Assembly: GCA_964413945.1 (NCBI GenBank)
Contig: CAYPUT010000004.1
Coordinates: forward strand, 1 to 43,186
Origin: an uncultured Spirochaetaceae bacterium
Lineage (GTDB): Bacteria > Spirochaetota > Spirochaetia > DSM-27196 > PWMO01
Reading direction: 5' to 3'
DNA: 43,186 nt
The notes beneath the pieces were generated by a model that saw only the letters and a program-made list of their open reading frames with translations, did no database searches and had not been told where the DNA came from. Shown here one piece after another: positions 1-9,214 of this stretch. Made by a program: the position numbers and the translations under genes. The stretch's first letter is position 1, and each line of letters starts with the position of its first letter.

Positions 1-43
1 CCCCGCCGAAACGCCACACCCCGCACGCGCCCGACGCCAACCG

Positions 44-177
44 CGCCCCCTCGGACAACACAGGGACAGCCCGTACAGCAGCAGGGGCCGAGCCGCATGG
101 GGCGCCTCTGTTCCTACAGCGAAGCCCCAGGCGGGTGGACCCGTGGGGCTTCGCTTACATGTGTTGTCTGAGGGGCG
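44..177. repeat. Branched palindromic intergenic element (REP/MITE-like, or complex terminator for mdh)
   Basis: Outer imperfect inverted repeat CGCCCCCTCGGACAACAC (44-61) / GTGTTGTCTGAGGGGCG (161-177). Inner perfect 12-bp stem AGCGAAGCCCCA (118-129) / TGGGGCTTCGCT (144-155). Second stem CAGGGGC/GCCTCTG (~82-110). Confidence 0.6.
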
Positions 178-199
178 GTGATTGTCGCCGGCGGGGTCG

Positions 200-1129
200 C
201 TACCAGAGACTATTGAGCGTCTCGACCCCCTCCTGCACGTGGGCTACGGAGTTGTCGAGGGCAGCCTTCTCTTCGGCGGTTAGCTCGAGCTCGTAGATTT
301 TTTCTACGCCGTGCTTGCCGAGGAGGACAGGTACACCCAAATAGACGCCGGAGTAGCCGTACTCGCCGTCGAGGTAGGCGCTCGCCGCGGCGACGCACTT
401 GCTGTCGGTAACCACGGCGTCGACCATCTTTGCCGCCGAGGCCGCCGGGGCGTAGTAGGCGCTGCCGGTCTTGAGGTAGTTGACGATCTCCCCCCCGCCG
501 GTGCGGGTCCGGGCGACGAGCTTTTCGAGCTTCTCCGGCTCTATGAGGTCGACGATGGGAAAGCCGCCGACGGAGGTGTAGCTCGGCACAGGGACCATGG
601 TGTCGCCGTGCCCCCCGAGAACCATCGCCTGGACGTCGGAAGGGAGCACGTCGAGGGCCTCGGCGATAAAGTAGCGAAACCGCGTCGAGTCGAGGATTCC
701 CGCCATGCCGACGACCCGGTGTGCGGGAAAGCCGGTCTCTTTGAGGACCGCCATGGCGATGACGTCTAGGGGGTTTGCGACGGCGATGACGATGGCGTTC
801 GGGGCGTACTCGACGATGGCGCGGCTCGCCTGCCGGGCGATATTGACGTTGGTCTTGAGGAGGTCCATCCGGTCCATCCCGGGCTTCCGGGCGATGCCCG
901 CGGTGTGGACGACGACGTCGGAGTCCTTGATGGCGGAGTAGTCGTTGGTGCCGACGAGCTCGACGTCGAAACCCTGCGAGGGGGAGGCGTGGAGATAGTC
1001 CGCGGCCTTGCTCTGAGGAAGCCCCTCGACGACGTCGACCATGACGACATCGGCGATGTTTCGCTTTGCGATGTAGTAGACGGCCGTAGCGCCGACGTTT
1101 CCTGCACCTATTACGGATACCTTGCTCAT
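200..1129 (-). CDS. mdh: Malate dehydrogenase (LDH-like MDH)
   Basis: GAGNVG Rossmann motif, AGIARKPGMDRMDL substrate loop (Arg = malate specificity), ANPLD, LDSTRF, GGHGD catalytic His, GSAYYAPA. Divergent from fumC. Confidence 0.95.
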   Translation of the reverse strand: MSKVSVIGAGNVGATAVYYIAKRNIADVVMVDVVEGLPQSKAADYLHASPSQGFDVELVGTNDYSAIKDSDVVVHTAGIARKPGMDRMDLLKTNVNIARQASRAIVEYAPNAIVIAVANPLDVIAMAVLKETGFPAHRVVGMAGILDSTRFRYFIAEALDVLPSDVQAMVLGGHGDTMVPVPSYTSVGGFPIVDLIEPEKLEKLVARTRTGGGEIVNYLKTGSAYYAPAASAAKMVDAVVTDSKCVAAASAYLDGEYGYSGVYLGVPVLLGKHGVEKIYELELTAEEKAALDNSVAHVQEGVETLNSLW

Positions 1130-2043
1130 CTGTTGCTCCCTTCAAGAATCTTTGCTACCGCCGCCGCGCCGTCTGCAAACTGCTTTTTCTCCGCGTCTTT
1201 TAGCTTTGGGACCATTACCCGGGTAACTCCGCCGGCGCCGATGGTCGCCGGGAGGCTGGCGGCTACGCCGGAGACCCCGAGCTCTCCTTCGAGGACGAAG
1301 GAAACCGAAAGTACCCGGTTGGTGTTTCCGACGATCGCCTCCACGAGGTCGCAGGCCGCGGCGGCGGGTCCGTAGTAGGCGCTCGAGCGCTTGGCTGCCG
1401 CCAAGAGGTCGTCCCCGGCGCTCCGGGTGGCCTCGAAGAGGGCCTGGATGCGATCGGCGGGCAAGAGGCGGGAGACCGGAATGCCCCCGACGTTCGTATA
1501 GTCGACGAGGGGGACCATCGAGTCGTTGTGGGGCCCGATGACGGTGGCGGCGATGTCGTCCGTCGATGTGCCGAGCTCCTCGGCGAGGAGATAGCGCAGC
1601 CTGCCGCCATCGAGGACGCCGCCGACGCCGAGAACCCGCTCCCGGGGGAGTCCCGAGACCTTGGTAAAGAGGGTTGTCAGGGCGTCCACCGGCTCGGTGG
1701 CGATAACCACGATTCCCTTATGCCCTTTAAGCTTGCCGGCAAGCTCTTCGACGAGGGCGCGGTTCTTGTCGAAGAGGTCGTCCCGCTTCTGCCCCGGTTC
1801 CCGGATGCTCCCGGCGGCTATGATGACGATGTCGCGTTTGAGAACGTCCTTAAGAGAATCGGTTCCCGACAGCTTGGTCTGGTAGCCCCGGACCGGAGCG
1901 GCTTCCATCATATCCAGGGTCTTTCCGGTAGCCAGCCCTTCCTGGATGTCGCAGAGCAAGACGTCCGCCACGTTCTTTTCCGCGAGAAAGAAAGCGGTGT
2001 TCGCCCCGACATTCCCGCTTCCAACGATGCCAATATTTGCCAT
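1126..2043 (-). CDS. Divergent malate/lactate dehydrogenase family paralogue
   Basis: GSGNVG, GKTLDMMEA, AGSIREPGQKR, LDGGRL, GPHND. NP motif changed to EP. 4-nt stop/start overlap with mdh. Confidence 0.9.
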   Translation of the reverse strand: MANIGIVGSGNVGANTAFFLAEKNVADVLLCDIQEGLATGKTLDMMEAAPVRGYQTKLSGTDSLKDVLKRDIVIIAAGSIREPGQKRDDLFDKNRALVEELAGKLKGHKGIVVIATEPVDALTTLFTKVSGLPRERVLGVGGVLDGGRLRYLLAEELGTSTDDIAATVIGPHNDSMVPLVDYTNVGGIPVSRLLPADRIQALFEATRSAGDDLLAAAKRSSAYYGPAAAACDLVEAIVGNTNRVLSVSFVLEGELGVSGVAASLPATIGAGGVTRVMVPKLKDAEKKQFADGAAAVAKILEGSNR

Positions 2044-2118
2044 TTCCTACTCCTTTCGGTAATATACGCCGCCGGGTAAGCCTCAGCAATTAACCTAACC
2101 GAAAGAGAGGATGCTGTC

Positions 2119-3516
2119 ATGGTAGAAGAAGAGAATCGCCACGAATCCGACTCGATGGGAGAGGTCGCTATTCCCGAATGGGCCTATTGGGGAGCCCAAA
2201 CCCAACGCGCGGTAGAGAACTTCGGCGTCTCGAGGAACCGGATTACGCCTTCGATGATCCGCGCCCTGGGCCTTATAAAGAAATCGGCGGCCCGGGCTAA
2301 CGGCAAGCTCGGAACGGTGGAGGAGAAGCTGGTCGCCGCGATCGTCGACGCCGCGGGAGAGGTTATCGACGGCGAGTGGAACGACCACTTCCCCATCGAC
2401 GTCTTCCAGACGGGCTCCGGCACCTCCTGGAACATGAACGCCAACGAGGTTATCGCCAACCGAGCCAACCAGATGCTCGGCTCCCCCTTGGGGACCCGCT
2501 CCCCGGTCCACCCGAACGACCACGTAAACCGGGGACAGTCCTCGAACGACGTTATCCCTACGGCGGTGCACGTCGCCAACCGCATGAGTCTGGTCCACCT
2601 CCTCGACGCCCTCGCGGTGCTTCAGGCAAGCTTAGAGGGGAAGGCCCGGGAGTTCGCCGACGCGGTAAAGCTGGGGCGGACCCATCTGCAAGACGCCGTG
2701 CCGATGACCCTGGGGCAGGAGTTCTCCGGGTTTGCCGACCAGATCCGCAAGGGGATCCGCCGGGTGGAGAACACCCTTCCCCACCTCGAGGAGCTCGCCC
2801 TCGGCGGCACGGCGGTAGGGACCGGCATCAACTGTCACCCCGACTTCCCCGACCTGGCGATCGGCTTTCTCGCCGAGGAGACGGGGCTTCCCTTTCGCCC
2901 TGCGGAGAACCGCTTCGAGGCGATCGCCACCCGGGACGCCCAGGTCGAGTTGATGGGGGCCCTGAACGTAATCGCCACGAGCCTGATGAAGATTGCCAAC
3001 GACCTGCGGCTTCTGGCCAGTGGGCCCCGGGGCGCCCTGGGAGAGATTATCCTCCCCACCCTCCAGCCTGGAAGCTCGATTATGCCCGGGAAGGTTAACC
3101 CGGTTATCCCGGAAATGGTTATTCAGGTTGCCGCCTACATAATGGGTAAGGCCGTAAGCGTGACGACCGCCGGGCAGAACGCTCCCTTAGAGCTCAACAT
3201 GATGCACCCCCTGATCGCTATGGAAACCGAAGAGAGCATCGGCGTTCTGGCGAATAGCTGCCGGGTCTTAGCCGAGCGTTGTATCGACGGCGTCGAGGCG
3301 GATACCGAGCGGATGAGCTTCTGGCTCGAGTGGAGCTTGGCCCTGGTGACGCCTCTGGCGAACCGGATCGGGTACGATCAGGCGGCTAAGCTCGCGTACC
3401 GGGCCTACAAGGAGAAGCGGCCGATCCGGGAGGTGGTTATCGAAGCCGAGGTCCTCCCGGCGGAGGACGTCGAGAAGATCCTCGACCCCCGGAGCATGTT
3501 GCAAAGCGGAAAGTGA
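2119..3516 (+). CDS. fumC: Class II fumarate hydratase
   Basis: GAQTQRA, FQTGSGTSWNMNANEV, HPNDHVNRGQSSND, GRTHLQDA, GSSIMPGKVNP signature. SD GAGAGG upstream. Confidence 0.95.
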   Translation: MVEEENRHESDSMGEVAIPEWAYWGAQTQRAVENFGVSRNRITPSMIRALGLIKKSAARANGKLGTVEEKLVAAIVDAAGEVIDGEWNDHFPIDVFQTGSGTSWNMNANEVIANRANQMLGSPLGTRSPVHPNDHVNRGQSSNDVIPTAVHVANRMSLVHLLDALAVLQASLEGKAREFADAVKLGRTHLQDAVPMTLGQEFSGFADQIRKGIRRVENTLPHLEELALGGTAVGTGINCHPDFPDLAIGFLAEETGLPFRPAENRFEAIATRDAQVELMGALNVIATSLMKIANDLRLLASGPRGALGEIILPTLQPGSSIMPGKVNPVIPEMVIQVAAYIMGKAVSVTTAGQNAPLELNMMHPLIAMETEESIGVLANSCRVLAERCIDGVEADTERMSFWLEWSLALVTPLANRIGYDQAAKLAYRAYKEKRPIREVVIEAEVLPAEDVEKILDPRSMLQSGK

Positions 3517-3560
3517 CCCGTTAGACTAAGAAAACTACCTGACAGCTTGAGGGGGCGTGC

Positions 3561-4238
3561 ATGCAGATCCAGTCGGATCCTAAATACCAGGAGGCGATGG
3601 GGTTTTACCTGTCCGGCGAATGGGCCGAGGCGGAGAAGGCCTTTCTAGAGCTTAGCAAGAGCTATCCGGACTCCGCCTTCGCCCACCTTCTCCTTGGTAA
3701 CATCTACTACTCCCTCGGTAAGCTCGACACCTCCGTAGAGGAGTATCAGAAAGCCGTCGAGATCCACCCCGACTTCGGAATTGCACTCTACAAGCTCGGC
3801 GTGTGTCAGTACCGGATGGGACAGCTCACCGAAGCTCTCGAGAGCTTTCAGCACGTTATAGATTCCGGGAGCCAGAGCCACGCGATGGCGGCCTACTTCG
3901 TCGGCCTGATCCATTTCTTCCTCGGGAACGACGAGAGCGCTGCCGTGGCCTTCGAGCGTTTCCGGCAGCTCTCTCCCGAATCGATGATCGCCAACTACTA
4001 CTTGGCCCAGCTCCGGATTAAGCGCAAAGAATACGACAAGGCGCGGAAGCTCTTGAAGGAGCTCGCGGCGGAGACCCCGAATTTTGCGGAAGTTCATTAC
4101 ATGATGGGCGTCGCGAGCTTCGGACTCCACGACACCACGGCAGCCATGACGAGCCTCCGTAAGGCGCTGGAGATAAACCCCGACGACGAACGCGCCCGGT
4201 CGAAGCTTACCCTCATCTCCGACGTTCAGTGGCCCTAG
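3561..4238 (+). CDS. Tetratricopeptide repeat protein (soluble, ~6 TPRs)
   Basis: Repeated TPR consensus (AHLLLGNIYYSLGK...A...P; ALYKLGVCQYRMGQL; VHYMMGVA...ALEINP). SD GAGGGG. Confidence 0.88.
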   Translation: MQIQSDPKYQEAMGFYLSGEWAEAEKAFLELSKSYPDSAFAHLLLGNIYYSLGKLDTSVEEYQKAVEIHPDFGIALYKLGVCQYRMGQLTEALESFQHVIDSGSQSHAMAAYFVGLIHFFLGNDESAAVAFERFRQLSPESMIANYYLAQLRIKRKEYDKARKLLKELAAETPNFAEVHYMMGVASFGLHDTTAAMTSLRKALEINPDDERARSKLTLISDVQWP

Positions 4239-4247
4239 AGACCCGGT

Positions 4248-4409
4248 ATGACGCTTTACGTTTGTAACGCTTGCGGATATATCTACGACCCCTCCGAGGG
4301 GGACCCCGACGCGGATATTCCCCCGGGGACGGCCTTCGCCGACCTTCCGGAGGACTGGGTCTGCCCCGTCTGCGGCGCCCCGAAGGATGAGTTTACTCCC
4401 GAGGATTAG
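4248..4409 (+). CDS. Rubredoxin (53 aa; absent from ORF track)
   Basis: Manual translation [53 protein letters not shown], with canonical CxxCGYIYD...LPxDWVCPxCG. Confidence 0.97.
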   Translation: MTLYVCNACGYIYDPSEGDPDADIPPGTAFADLPEDWVCPVCGAPKDEFTPED

Positions 4410-4455
4410 CCGACCAGGCCGCCGCCGGCGGGCCGGCACTCCGGGTGCTCCGCGA

Positions 4456-5031
4456 CTACTGCTTCCAGAGCTCAGTGAGGTCCACAACTACTTCATGCTC
4501 GAGTCCGGACGGGGCATAGGACAGTGTATCGTGGTGCCGGGATGCCAACGCGAGAGAGGGCCGAACGCCTTGAATCTGCCGGTAGACCTCGACCACCTCG
4601 TTGTCGCCATCGACAATCCAGTATTCCGGCACACCGTGGATCCCGTAGCGCTCGACCTTGACATCCCGGTCCCGGGACTCGGTGGAAGGCGATAGAATCT
4701 CGATAACAAGGTCCGGGGCGCCAACGACGTGCGAGGACCTAATGATCCACCTGTTGTCGTTGAGGATAACGAGGATATCCGGCTCGAGGATATCGTGGGG
4801 ACCGATCTCCGTGTCCATCGGGGCGTAGAGGACCTCACCGAAACCGGCTTCTTCGATTCCCCGATGCAGCTGAATAAGGAGGCGTTTAGAAATGCGCTGA
4901 TGCCCGTACGTCGGGGACGGCGAGGCAATGTGGACACCGTCGACAATCTCGTGGCGGTAGGGATCGTCCTCGGGAATCTGCTCGAGGTCCCCGTAGGTTA
5001 GCTTAAGCTTGTGATCGACGAACTGCGCCAT
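4456..5031 (-). CDS. Uma2 family (DUF820) restriction-endonuclease-fold protein
   Basis: HEIVDG...SP...HQ, EPDILV, APDLVIEILSPST...D...K..Y...GVPEYWIVD. ATG at 5031 follows SD AAGGAGGAG. Confidence 0.9.
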   Translation of the reverse strand: MAQFVDHKLKLTYGDLEQIPEDDPYRHEIVDGVHIASPSPTYGHQRISKRLLIQLHRGIEEAGFGEVLYAPMDTEIGPHDILEPDILVILNDNRWIIRSSHVVGAPDLVIEILSPSTESRDRDVKVERYGIHGVPEYWIVDGDNEVVEVYRQIQGVRPSLALASRHHDTLSYAPSGLEHEVVVDLTELWKQ

Positions 5032-5082
5032 TCCGCACTCCTCCTTCACAAGTATACAACAGGGCCAGGCGCCCCGGCGCTT

Positions 5083-6096
5083 CTACTTCTTAAGCTTTTT
5101 CCGCAGATTCCGCCGGGCCGCCTTGCTGCCGCCGGCACCTTGGCCGCGGGCTGTAGCCTCGAGCCCCGGATTCCGCCTGTAGAGCCACACCAGAATCCCG
5201 ACCCCTAACAGAATCATCGCGAGGGCGTAGAATTGGCTCGCGATAAAGTTTAGCGGCGTCAGGTAGACGTACGGGGGGTGAGGAATGTCCGAAAAGCGCA
5301 GCGCGAAGCGCCCCCGCAAGGGAACCCTGAGATAATCGATGAGAAACCGGGGAAGACCGTAGCCGATCAGGTAGATGCCCAAAAGCGCCCCTTTCCGGAG
5401 CTTCAGTTTGCGAAAGACGAACCACATGAGGACCCAGAGCAGGACCCCCTCGGTAAGTCCCTCGTAGATCTGCGTCGGGTGCCGGGGCATGTTGACCAGA
5501 CCGCTCTCCGGGAGCTCCATCCCGATAGAGGCGGCGACTTCCCGGACGAAGGGGTCGTCCACCGGCAGGCGCCGAGCGTGGGGAAACATAACCGCCCAGG
5601 GTACGTCGGTTATCCGTCCGTAGAGCTCGCCGTTTATAAAGTTGCCCAGACGTCCGAAGGTGTAGCCTAAGGGGACCCCGGCGATAATCATGTCGCCCCA
5701 GTCGCGAATGTCGATGCCCTTCTTCCGGGCGTAGATAATCATGGCGACGGCGGCCCCGAGGAGACCTCCGTAGTAGTTCATCCCCTGAAGGCCTGTAAAC
5801 TGCCCGTTGGCGAAGGGCCAGAAGATGCGCCAGGGCTCCCGCCAGTAGGCGTTCGTCGGGTCGAAGAGGAGGGCCGCAAAGATGCGGCCGCCGATCAGCA
5901 AGGCCAGAATAGCCCAGAAGAACATGTTGACCACTTCGTCCTTGTCGTAGTCGATCTGCCTCCGCTTTAGCTGATAGGTGAAGAGTAGATAGGTGATCCC
6001 AAAGGCCACCAGGTACATCATCCCGTACCACCGGAAGGGAAGCCCGGGAATTATCTCGGCGCTGAGCCAATCTGGAAAGGGAATGTAGGCGACCAT
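5083..6096 (-). CDS. lgt: Prolipoprotein diacylglyceryl transferase
   Basis: RWYGMMY, GGR, GRLGNFINGELYGR, HPTQIYEG, YG..RF motifs; multiple TM helices. Confidence 0.95.
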   Translation of the reverse strand: MVAYIPFPDWLSAEIIPGLPFRWYGMMYLVAFGITYLLFTYQLKRRQIDYDKDEVVNMFFWAILALLIGGRIFAALLFDPTNAYWREPWRIFWPFANGQFTGLQGMNYYGGLLGAAVAMIIYARKKGIDIRDWGDMIIAGVPLGYTFGRLGNFINGELYGRITDVPWAVMFPHARRLPVDDPFVREVAASIGMELPESGLVNMPRHPTQIYEGLTEGVLLWVLMWFVFRKLKLRKGALLGIYLIGYGLPRFLIDYLRVPLRGRFALRFSDIPHPPYVYLTPLNFIASQFYALAMILLGVGILVWLYRRNPGLEATARGQGAGGSKAARRNLRKKLKK

Positions 6097-6108
6097 CTTC
6101 TGTTTTGG

Positions 6109-7356
6109 CTACTCCTCGAATTCCTTAATGACGACGATGCCGTTGTGCCCCCCGAAGCCGAGAGAGTTCGACACCGCGTAGCGAATCCGACCGGAGACGC
6201 CCGTGTTCGGAACGTAGTCCAAGTCGCAGGCGGGGTCCGGCTCGTCCAGGTTTATCGTCGGCGGAAAGAACTGGTCCCGAATCGCCAGGGTACAGGCGAT
6301 CGCCTCCACACCCCCGGCGGCGCCGATCATGTGGCCGTGCATCGACTTCGTCGAAGAGACCTTTAGCTTGTAGGCATGCTCCCCGAAGACCTCCTTGATC
6401 GCCATGGTTTCCAAGGGATCGTTTAAGGGCGTCGAGGTGCCGTGGGCGTTGATGTAGTCGACATCCTCCGGCTTTATGCCGGCGTCGTCGAGGGCCATCT
6501 TGATGGCTTCGATGGCACCCCGTCCCTCGGGATGGGGCGCGGTAAGGTGGTTGGCGTCGCAGCTTATCCCGGAGCCGACGATTTCCGCGTAGATGTGGGC
6601 TCCCCGAGCCTGGGCGTGCTCGAGACTCTCTAAGATCAGCACACCGGAGCCCTCGGCTATAACGAAGCCGTCCCGGTCCTTATCGAAGGGGCGGGAAGCC
6701 TTCTCGGGCTCGTCGTTAAAGTGGGTGCTGAGGGCCTGTATGACGTTAAACCCGGATACGCCGAGCCTGGTTATGCAGGCTTCGACACCGCCGGTAACCA
6801 TCGCGTCGCCCATCCCGTCCCGGATCCAACGGAAGCTGTTGCCGATAGCGTCGGCAGCGGAGGAGCACGCGGTTGCCATGGAGTAGACCGGGCCGAAGGC
6901 CTGGATGGCGATGGCGGCGTTCGCCGGTCCAATATTGGCGATCAGCTTGGGAATGGTCATCGGGGGCACCCGGGAGGGGCCCTTCTCCAGGAGCGCGATG
7001 TAGGAGTCCTCGATGGTCTGGAATCCGCCGATACCGACTCCAAGAATAACGCCGATACGCCTCGGGTCGATATTCTCTCCTGTCTTGAGGCCGGCGTCCC
7101 GCATTGCTTCGAGGCTGGCGGCGACGGCGAAGTGGGAGAAGGGCTCCATCTTTCGAGCCTCTTTCTTGTCCATAAAGTCCGAAGGGGTAAAGTCTTTGAC
7201 CTCCCCGGCAATCTTTGTGGTGTACTCGCTAGTGTCGAACTTGGTAATCGGCCCGAGACCGCTCCGCCCCGCTTTTATGCCTTCCCAGAAGGCCTCGACT
7301 GAGTTCCCAAGCGGATTGACGGTCCCCATGCCGGTTATGACGACGCGGCGTGGCAT
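6109..7356 (-). CDS. fabF: 3-oxoacyl-ACP synthase II
   Basis: RRVVITGMG, TACSS catalytic Cys, NAHGTST, STKSMHGH, SNSLGFGGHN. Confidence 0.96.
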   Translation of the reverse strand: MPRRVVITGMGTVNPLGNSVEAFWEGIKAGRSGLGPITKFDTSEYTTKIAGEVKDFTPSDFMDKKEARKMEPFSHFAVAASLEAMRDAGLKTGENIDPRRIGVILGVGIGGFQTIEDSYIALLEKGPSRVPPMTIPKLIANIGPANAAIAIQAFGPVYSMATACSSAADAIGNSFRWIRDGMGDAMVTGGVEACITRLGVSGFNVIQALSTHFNDEPEKASRPFDKDRDGFVIAEGSGVLILESLEHAQARGAHIYAEIVGSGISCDANHLTAPHPEGRGAIEAIKMALDDAGIKPEDVDYINAHGTSTPLNDPLETMAIKEVFGEHAYKLKVSSTKSMHGHMIGAAGGVEAIACTLAIRDQFFPPTINLDEPDPACDLDYVPNTGVSGRIRYAVSNSLGFGGHNGIVVIKEFEE

Positions 7357-7359
7357 AGG

Positions 7360-8103
7360 CTACATCCCCATTCCACCGGTCACCTGGATTACCTGACCGG
7401 TTATGTAGGAGGCGAGGTCGGAGCAGAGAAAGACGATAGCCTTGGCGACCTCTTCGGGCTCGCCGATGCGGCTCATCGGAATCTGCTCCCGGAGCTTCTG
7501 CTGCTGTTCTTCGTTGAGGTTCTCGGTCATCTTGGTTTTGATAAACCCCGGCGCCACCGCGTTGACCCGGACGTTCCGTCCTGCGACCTCCCGGGCGAGG
7601 CTCTTGGTAAAGCCGATAAGACCCGCCTTCGAGGCGGAGTAGTTGGTCTGCCCGGCGTTCCCGATCATGCCGACGATGGACGCGACGTTGACGATGGAGC
7701 CGCTGCGCTGCTTGATCATCGCCCGGGAGACCACCTTCGACAGGTAGAAGGCGCTGGTCAGGTTGATGTTCAACACGCTCGTCCAGTCTTCCGCCGACAT
7801 CCGGAAGATAAGCCCGTCCCGGGTAATGCCGGCGTTGTTGACCAGAATATCGATGCCCCCGCTCTCGGCGAGGATCTCTTCGGTGGTCGCGGTTATGGTC
7901 TGCTCGTCGGCTACGTTTCCTTCCTTGTAGAATGCCTCGACGCCCATCTCCTTGGCTACCGACTGATACTCATCGAGAGATTCGCCGGGATTCAGATCGA
8001 CGTAATATACGCCGGCACCGTTCCGCAGAAACGCCAGAACGATTTCGCGTCCGATTCCGCGGGATCCTCCGGTTACCAGTGCCTTTTTTCCTTCAAGTAA
8101 CAC
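7360..8103 (-). CDS. fabG: 3-oxoacyl-ACP reductase
   Basis: TGGSRGIG, NNAGITRD, NYSASK (YxxxK). GTG start at 8103 after SD AAGGAG; the ORF-track upstream extension overlaps fabD. Confidence 0.95.
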   Translation of the reverse strand: MLLEGKKALVTGGSRGIGREIVLAFLRNGAGVYYVDLNPGESLDEYQSVAKEMGVEAFYKEGNVADEQTITATTEEILAESGGIDILVNNAGITRDGLIFRMSAEDWTSVLNINLTSAFYLSKVVSRAMIKQRSGSIVNVASIVGMIGNAGQTNYSASKAGLIGFTKSLAREVAGRNVRVNAVAPGFIKTKMTENLNEEQQQKLREQIPMSRIGEPEEVAKAIVFLCSDLASYITGQVIQVTGGMGM

Positions 8104-8116
8104 TACTTTCTCCTTA

Positions 8117-9058
8117 CTATGCCGGTATCGCTTCCATGTCCTCGAGCTTTCCGGCGGGGTACATCGGGATTTCGAGCCCCTCTTTGGTCTTAGCATACGC
8201 TTTCCAGAGGCCCCCGAGAACCGTTCCCGGGCCAACCTCTAGAAAAGCACTCGATCCGTCCCGAACCAAGGACTCCATTTCCGGGGTCCAGAGGACCGTC
8301 CGGATCAGTTGATCGAGGCAGAGCTCCCGGGCCTCTTCCCCGGTGGCAATAACCTCCCCGGTCACGTTGGAGTAGACCGGGAGCTTCGGGTCGGCAAAGG
8401 CGACACCCCGAAGAACCTCTTCGAACTGCCGGCGGGCATCGGCCATCAGCGGGCAGTGAAAGGGGCCGGATACCTTCAGGCGAATATAGCGCTTCGCTCC
8501 GGCATCTTTGAGAGCAGTCTCGGCGGCGGTAAGTCCCTCGGCGGTCCCGGAGACTACGGTCTGGCTCGGGCTGTTGTAGATACCCGGGTAGGCGTCGGGA
8601 ACCGTCTTTAGGACGGCGGACACTTCGTCGAAGCTCAGACCGATCGCCGCGGCCATTCCCGATGCTCCGGCTGCAGTATCCACCGTCCGGCTTACGGCCT
8701 CCATAATCTCCCCCCGGGCCTTGACCACCCCGAATACGTCTTCCAAGGGGATGACTCCGGCGGTTACCAGGGAGGCGTACTCCCCGAGAGAAAACCCGGC
8801 GCACCGGTCGGGGACAATGCCCCGGGCGGACAGCCCGGCGGCGGCGGCAAGGTTGACGAGGGTAATGGCTATCTGAGTCTTGTCCGTCTGTTTGAGCTCT
8901 TCCTCACTCCCGTCAAAAATCACGGTCCTGAGGTCGTAACCCACCGCTTCGGAAGCTGCGTCGAAGAGGTCCCGAACCTCTTTGAATGCGTCGTAGAGGT
9001 CCTTGCCCATACCGGGATACTGGGCTCCCTGGCCCGGAAAGAGAAATGTTATGGCCAT
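8117..9058 (-). CDS. fabD: Malonyl CoA-ACP transacylase
   Basis: FPGQGAQ, TQ.AI, GFSLGEY (Ser nucleophile), VSGPFHCPLM, EVGPG. Confidence 0.95.
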   Translation of the reverse strand: MAITFLFPGQGAQYPGMGKDLYDAFKEVRDLFDAASEAVGYDLRTVIFDGSEEELKQTDKTQIAITLVNLAAAAGLSARGIVPDRCAGFSLGEYASLVTAGVIPLEDVFGVVKARGEIMEAVSRTVDTAAGASGMAAAIGLSFDEVSAVLKTVPDAYPGIYNSPSQTVVSGTAEGLTAAETALKDAGAKRYIRLKVSGPFHCPLMADARRQFEEVLRGVAFADPKLPVYSNVTGEVIATGEEARELCLDQLIRTVLWTPEMESLVRDGSSAFLEVGPGTVLGGLWKAYAKTKEGLEIPMYPAGKLEDMEAIPA

Positions 9059-9087
9059 GCGCCCTCCCGTTACCTATCTCGCAGGGG

Positions 9088-9116
9088 AGGTTAGCAAGGG
9101 GACATCGCACTGTCAA
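9088..9116 (-). promoter_or_regulatory. Sigma70-type promoter for fabD-fabG-fabF-lgt
   Basis: Minus strand TTGACA-N17-TAACCT with TG extension. Confidence 0.7.
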
Positions 9117-9149
9117 GTATTCGGTCGGCGACCGACAAAAAGCCGAGCG

Positions 9150-9179
9150 TTGACCCCGGGAGAGAGGGCCCCGTATATT
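9150..9179 (+). promoter_or_regulatory. Sigma70-type promoter for fabH
   Basis: TTGACC-N18-TATATT upstream of the fabH SD AAAGGA. Confidence 0.55.
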
Positions 9180-9214
9180 GCCGGGAAACACGTCGCGTCG
9201 AGAAAGGACTGTCG

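Noticed and set aside
5083-6096. Lgt GMNYYGG instead of the E. coli GMSFHGG motif
   Set aside because: Tyr at this position is a common natural Lgt variant and the other essential motifs are intact.
8104-8235. N-terminal extensions in the ORF track for fabG (also avtA 41499-41600, rsmI 37404-37463, glutaredoxin 33639-33683)
   Set aside because: They overlap neighbouring genes or promoters, and family homology begins at the downstream starts.
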